Part shown: piece by piece, positions 13,802 to 16,201 of the stretch | How positions within the stretch are numbered: position 1 is the first letter of the stretch | Layout: each line of letters opens with the position of its first letter | IMG/VR virus record: IMGVR_UViG_3300045988_118631 | Location: 1-16,201 of that record | Reading direction: 5' to 3' (one strand) | Length of the DNA stretch: 16,201 nucleotides | Origin: a virus | Program-made: the position numbers and the translations under genes | Notes under the pieces: generated by a model | Told to the model about the DNA's origin: nothing | The model's input: only the letters and a program-made list of their open reading frames with translations | The model's database searches: none

Positions 13802-14563
13802 ATGAGCGTAAATAGCGCAGTCACCGACACCAATTGGGGCCCCAACTTTGACCCCGGTCGCCCCTACGGCGAACCCCTCGGAATCGTTATCCACCATTGG
13901 GGAGTAGATGGACAGTCTCACGACGCCGTCGCCGCCTACCTCGCACGCCCTGATGGGAATACCTCGGCTCACTACGTGGCCAGCGGCGGGCGTGTGACCC
14001 AGATCGTCCACGACTATGACCGCGCGTGGCACTGCATGGGCAACAATGCTTGCACAATCGGGATCGAGTGCCGCCCCGAATGCGACGCCGACGACTTCGA
14101 GACCGTCGCACAGCTGATCGCCGCGATCCGCGAAGAATGGGGATACCTGCCCCTATCGGGGCATCAGGAACACTTCCCCACTGAGTGCCCAGGCCGCTGG
14201 CAGGCCCGGCTCGATGAGCTCGACGCCCGCGCCCTCCTCATCCAGGGCGGCGGGCCCGCCGTGCCCGCTCTCGCCGATCCTGACCCCGGTCGCCTCCAGG
14301 TGGATGGCTGGTGGGGACCAGCGACGACCGCCGCCCTCCAGGCCTACCTCGGCACGCCCGTAGACGGCACCGTATCCAGCCAGGACGGGGCATGGCGCGA
14401 AAACCTCCCCGCAGCCGGGGCCGGTTGGGACTTCGAGAGCGACCCGGATGGATCGCAGATGATCGCCGCCCTGCAGGCCCGCCTCGGCGTGGCCGTGGAC
14501 GGCTACGTTGGCATGGCGACGGTCGCCGAACTCCAGATGCATCTCATTGAAGGGACTCTGTGA
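13802..14563 (+). CDS. Endolysin: N-acetylmuramoyl-L-alanine amidase (Amidase_2/PGRP) plus two PG_binding_1-like repeats (253 aa)
   Basis: Zn-ligand context IVIHHWG ... SGHQEHFPTECPG, and AHYVASGGRVTQIV. C-terminal LQVDGWWGPATTAALQAYLG and LGVAVDGYVGMATVAELQ. Confidence 0.9.
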   Translation: MSVNSAVTDTNWGPNFDPGRPYGEPLGIVIHHWGVDGQSHDAVAAYLARPDGNTSAHYVASGGRVTQIVHDYDRAWHCMGNNACTIGIECRPECDADDFETVAQLIAAIREEWGYLPLSGHQEHFPTECPGRWQARLDELDARALLIQGGGPAVPALADPDPGRLQVDGWWGPATTAALQAYLGTPVDGTVSSQDGAWRENLPAAGAGWDFESDPDGSQMIAALQARLGVAVDGYVGMATVAELQMHLIEGTL

Positions 14564-14784
14564 CCATGACTGACACGCCGAAGCACGCAGCGACCCCTCA
14601 GCCAATCGAGTGGCTTACCCCCACCGTGCGACGATGGGCATACGGCGTCGCGACCGCCGCCGTCCCGCTCCTGGTGATCTATGGAGTGATCGAGTCCGAG
14701 ACCGCGCCCCTCTGGGTTGCCCTCGTGGCCTCGGTCCTCGGCACTGGGACCGCCCTTGCACACGTTCCCAGGGGCGACGAATGA
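14560..14784 (+). CDS. Holin, two TM helices (74 aa; GTG 14560 or ATG 14566)
   Basis: Overlaps the endolysin stop. WAYGVATAAVPLLVIYGVI and LWVALVASVLGTGTALA are hydrophobic helices, followed by a charged C-terminus. Confidence 0.7.
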   Translation: MTMTDTPKHAATPQPIEWLTPTVRRWAYGVATAAVPLLVIYGVIESETAPLWVALVASVLGTGTALAHVPRGDE

Positions 14785-15236
14785 CGCCCGCCGCCGAGGT
14801 TATCAACGCACTCGGTGGCCTCGGCGGCGTCGCCGCCATCGTGACAAGCACGGCGACGTTGATACAGGCGCGGCGAATCAACGCCCAAGTTAGCCCTAAT
14901 CACGGTTCCAGCCTTGCCGACGCCGTAAACCGGACTGACGCAAAGACAGCCGAAGCCGTCGCCGCCGTGAGCCGTCTAGAAGATGCGCTTTCCTCGCACT
15001 CTAGCGCCATTGAGCGTATAGAGAGCGCCCTCACCACCAACGGCGAAACAGTGCGTCGCATCGAGACCGAGCAGACCAAGACCGCCGCCGACGTCATGGT
15101 CGCCCGGCATCAGATCGAGGGACTGGCCCGTGAGCTCAAAGGCCTTGGGCATGAGATCGGAGACATCCGATCTACCCGTGATCGAGAGCATGGCGACTAT
15201 GACGCCCGGATCAGGTCACTGGAGGGACGCGCCTAG
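14781..15236 (+). CDS. N-terminally membrane-anchored coiled-coil protein (151 aa), possible lysis accessory
   Basis: ATGA-coupled to the holin. Has the TM segment LGGLGGVAAIVTSTATLI, then heptad-like, charge-rich sequence. The track start 14610 lies inside the holin gene. Confidence 0.6.
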   Translation: MTPAAEVINALGGLGGVAAIVTSTATLIQARRINAQVSPNHGSSLADAVNRTDAKTAEAVAAVSRLEDALSSHSSAIERIESALTTNGETVRRIETEQTKTAADVMVARHQIEGLARELKGLGHEIGDIRSTRDREHGDYDARIRSLEGRA

Positions 15237-16054
15237 GCCACCGCCTCAACCACTGCCCTAAGCGTCTGGTCCGCTATCGCCAGGTAACGGAGGGTGGTTT
15301 GTGGTGATTCGTGCCCTAGCACCCTCTGGACGGCGACAAGATCGCCCGTCCGTTCGTAGGCTCGCGTCGCGAACGAATGGCGCAGGGCGTGCATTGTGAC
15401 GCCGCGTGGCAGTGCACGCCCAACCAGTCGCCCGATCCACTCAGCCGAGACATGGCCCGAATCGGCCCCTGGAAACAGCCAGCCGGGGCCGTGGCCTTGA
15501 ATCTCTACGGCGATTGACTCGGGTACTGGCACCGTCCGAGGTTTCCCGCCCTTCCCGTGGACGATCAGAGACCAGCCATGCAAGTCGCGAACGAGGTCGC
15601 AGCCGCGCACCTTCGCGACCTCGCCGCGACGTAACCCGAGCTCCGAGGCCAGGCGCACCGCCAGACGCACCCGCCAGTCAGGGGATAGCCTGGCGCGGGC
15701 AATCGCGGCGGCGTCGGCTGGCCTCGGCGCGGGCGCAGACGCGCGCACCGTAGGGACGCGGCTCGGATCGACACCAACCGCGTGCCGCTCGCCCGCCCAC
15801 GCATAGAACCCTGCGACGGACTGGAGAGCGCTACGGCGCGTGTCTCGCGCCCAAACGTGCGCAGCGGACCACTCGATCACGTCGCCTGTCTCCACCTCCC
15901 ACGGGCCGCGATCCACAGCGCGGGCAAACCGTCGCAGCCAGTCGATCCGCAGCCTCGTTGTTGCTACCGAGCGGCCCGATCCAAGCAGGTGCAACCGGTA
16001 ATCTCCCAGTGGCGCGTCCCAGCCGCCCGGCACTAATGCTTTGCGTATAACCAT
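15233..16054 (-). CDS. int: Tyrosine integrase/recombinase (273 aa from ATG 16054)
   Basis: Catalytic signature LGLRRGE (Arg), HGKGGK (Lys), HALRHSFAT (His-x-x-Arg), LGHES, LRYL (Tyr). Lies next to the tRNA-like segment. The upstream part of the track ORF (to 16165) overlaps the att/tRNA-like repeat and is unlikely to be coding. GTG at 16060 is an alternative start. Confidence 0.92.
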   Translation of the reverse strand: MVIRKALVPGGWDAPLGDYRLHLLGSGRSVATTRLRIDWLRRFARAVDRGPWEVETGDVIEWSAAHVWARDTRRSALQSVAGFYAWAGERHAVGVDPSRVPTVRASAPAPRPADAAAIARARLSPDWRVRLAVRLASELGLRRGEVAKVRGCDLVRDLHGWSLIVHGKGGKPRTVPVPESIAVEIQGHGPGWLFPGADSGHVSAEWIGRLVGRALPRGVTMHALRHSFATRAYERTGDLVAVQRVLGHESPQTTLRYLAIADQTLRAVVEAVA

Positions 16055-16092
16055 GCTCACATACTCACCCGATACGCCCAATGCCGCGCGCG

Positions 16093-16201
16093 CTACGCCG
16101 CCGCGCCCGATCCGACGTGCGATAACGAGGCCTCCAAAGTGTTCAGAATATGGACTGTGACGCAATCCCGAGGTTGCAGGTTCGAGTCCTGTCGGAGGCG
16201 C
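16093..16201 (-). CDS. 3' end of the same repressor ORF when the frame is followed across the 55-nt overlap (circular/viral form, total 120 aa)
   Basis: Continuing the frame of 309..1 into 16146..16093 gives ...HILNTLEASLSHVGSGAAA, then TAG (16095-16093). This is valid only if the molecule is circular. Confidence 0.5.
   Translation of the reverse strand, partial: RLRQDSNLQPRDCVTVHILNTLEASLSHVGSGAAA
16147..16201 (+). repeat. Terminal direct repeat, copy 2 (identical to 1-55)
   Basis: Exact 55/55 match to the window start. Confidence 0.97.

Larger units (their letters stand above)
1..16201. mobile_element. Complete small temperate siphovirus-like phage genome (unit length 16,146 bp; window is the unit plus a 55-nt terminal redundancy)
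   Basis: It contains a full set of integrase, repressor/cro, Rep-like, HNH, terminase, portal, protease-capsid, tail, tape measure and lysis genes. These are packed with many ATGA/4-nt start-stop overlaps. The two ends are identical and no host-like flank is present. Confidence 0.9.

Noticed and set aside
16055-16165. N-terminal 37 codons of the integrase track ORF (start at 16165)
   Set aside because: This extension runs into the tRNA-like/terminal-repeat segment. It also overlaps the tail of the repressor ORF in another frame. The recombinase homology begins after the internal ATG at 16054, which has a purine-rich stretch upstream.
16130-16200. Possible complete tRNA gene: gcctcc at 16130-16135 is complementary to ggaggc at 16194-16199, like an acceptor stem
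   Set aside because: Only the T-arm and acceptor 3' strand are tRNA-like. No anticodon stem can be drawn for either variable-loop length: actgt/tcccg (5 nt) and ctgtg/cccga (4 nt) do not pair. The would-be loop lacks U33, the D-arm would be only a weak gtgt/atat stem, and the total length is 71 nt. I treat it as an attP tRNA fragment, not a gene.
1-16201. Gene transfer agent or capsid-forming satellite (PICI-like) interpretation, prompted by the ~16 kb size
   Set aside because: GTAs lack integrase, repressor and replication genes. Satellites lack a full tail and lysis module. This element has all of them, so an autonomous phage is the simpler reading, although functionality is unproven.
1-16201. 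Search for CRISPR arrays, DGR (reverse transcriptase plus template repeat), toxin-antitoxin pairs, restriction-modification or other defence cassettes, and IS elements
   Set aside because: I saw no spaced repeat array, no reverse transcriptase, methylase, nuclease-ATPase or transposase motifs, and no unassigned space large enough to hold them.

Overview
The window is one gene-saturated, visibly GC-rich (Actinomycetota-like) temperate siphovirus-type phage genome; no host flank is visible. Positions 1-55 are identical to 16147-16201, so the non-redundant unit is 16,146 bp. It reads best as a closed circle, either an assembler k-mer overlap or the excised attP form. One long plus-strand block (412-15236) runs in this order: cro-like HTH, small early ORFs, a winged-helix Rep-like protein, HNH endonuclease, small and large terminase, portal, a prohead-protease/major-capsid in-frame fusion, head-tail adaptor, tail-terminator-like protein, major tail protein, HK97-gp10-like protein, tail chaperone with a -1 frame extension, tape measure, one Dit-like tail protein, a small H-type-lectin-like protein, amidase endolysin, holin and a membrane-anchored coiled-coil protein. 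The minus strand carries a tyrosine integrase (15233-16054) and an XRE-family repressor (309 to <1). The most interesting point is the switch. The repressor ORF has no stop in the window and reads through a tRNA-3'-end-like (attP core-like) segment. On the circle it ends 38 nt upstream of the integrase start on the same strand. This matches the 'integration-dependent immunity' layout known from a few mycobacteriophages, here in one of the smallest complete temperate tailed-phage genomes I can picture. Other points: an internal RBS plus ATG at the protease/capsid junction, a stripped-down and re-ordered tail module, a Trp pentapeptide repeat in the tail-tip protein, and a candidate cos region next to the HNH gene. 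No CRISPR, intact tRNA/rRNA, transposon or recognisable defence cassette was seen. All function calls come from motif recognition by eye, not from searches.
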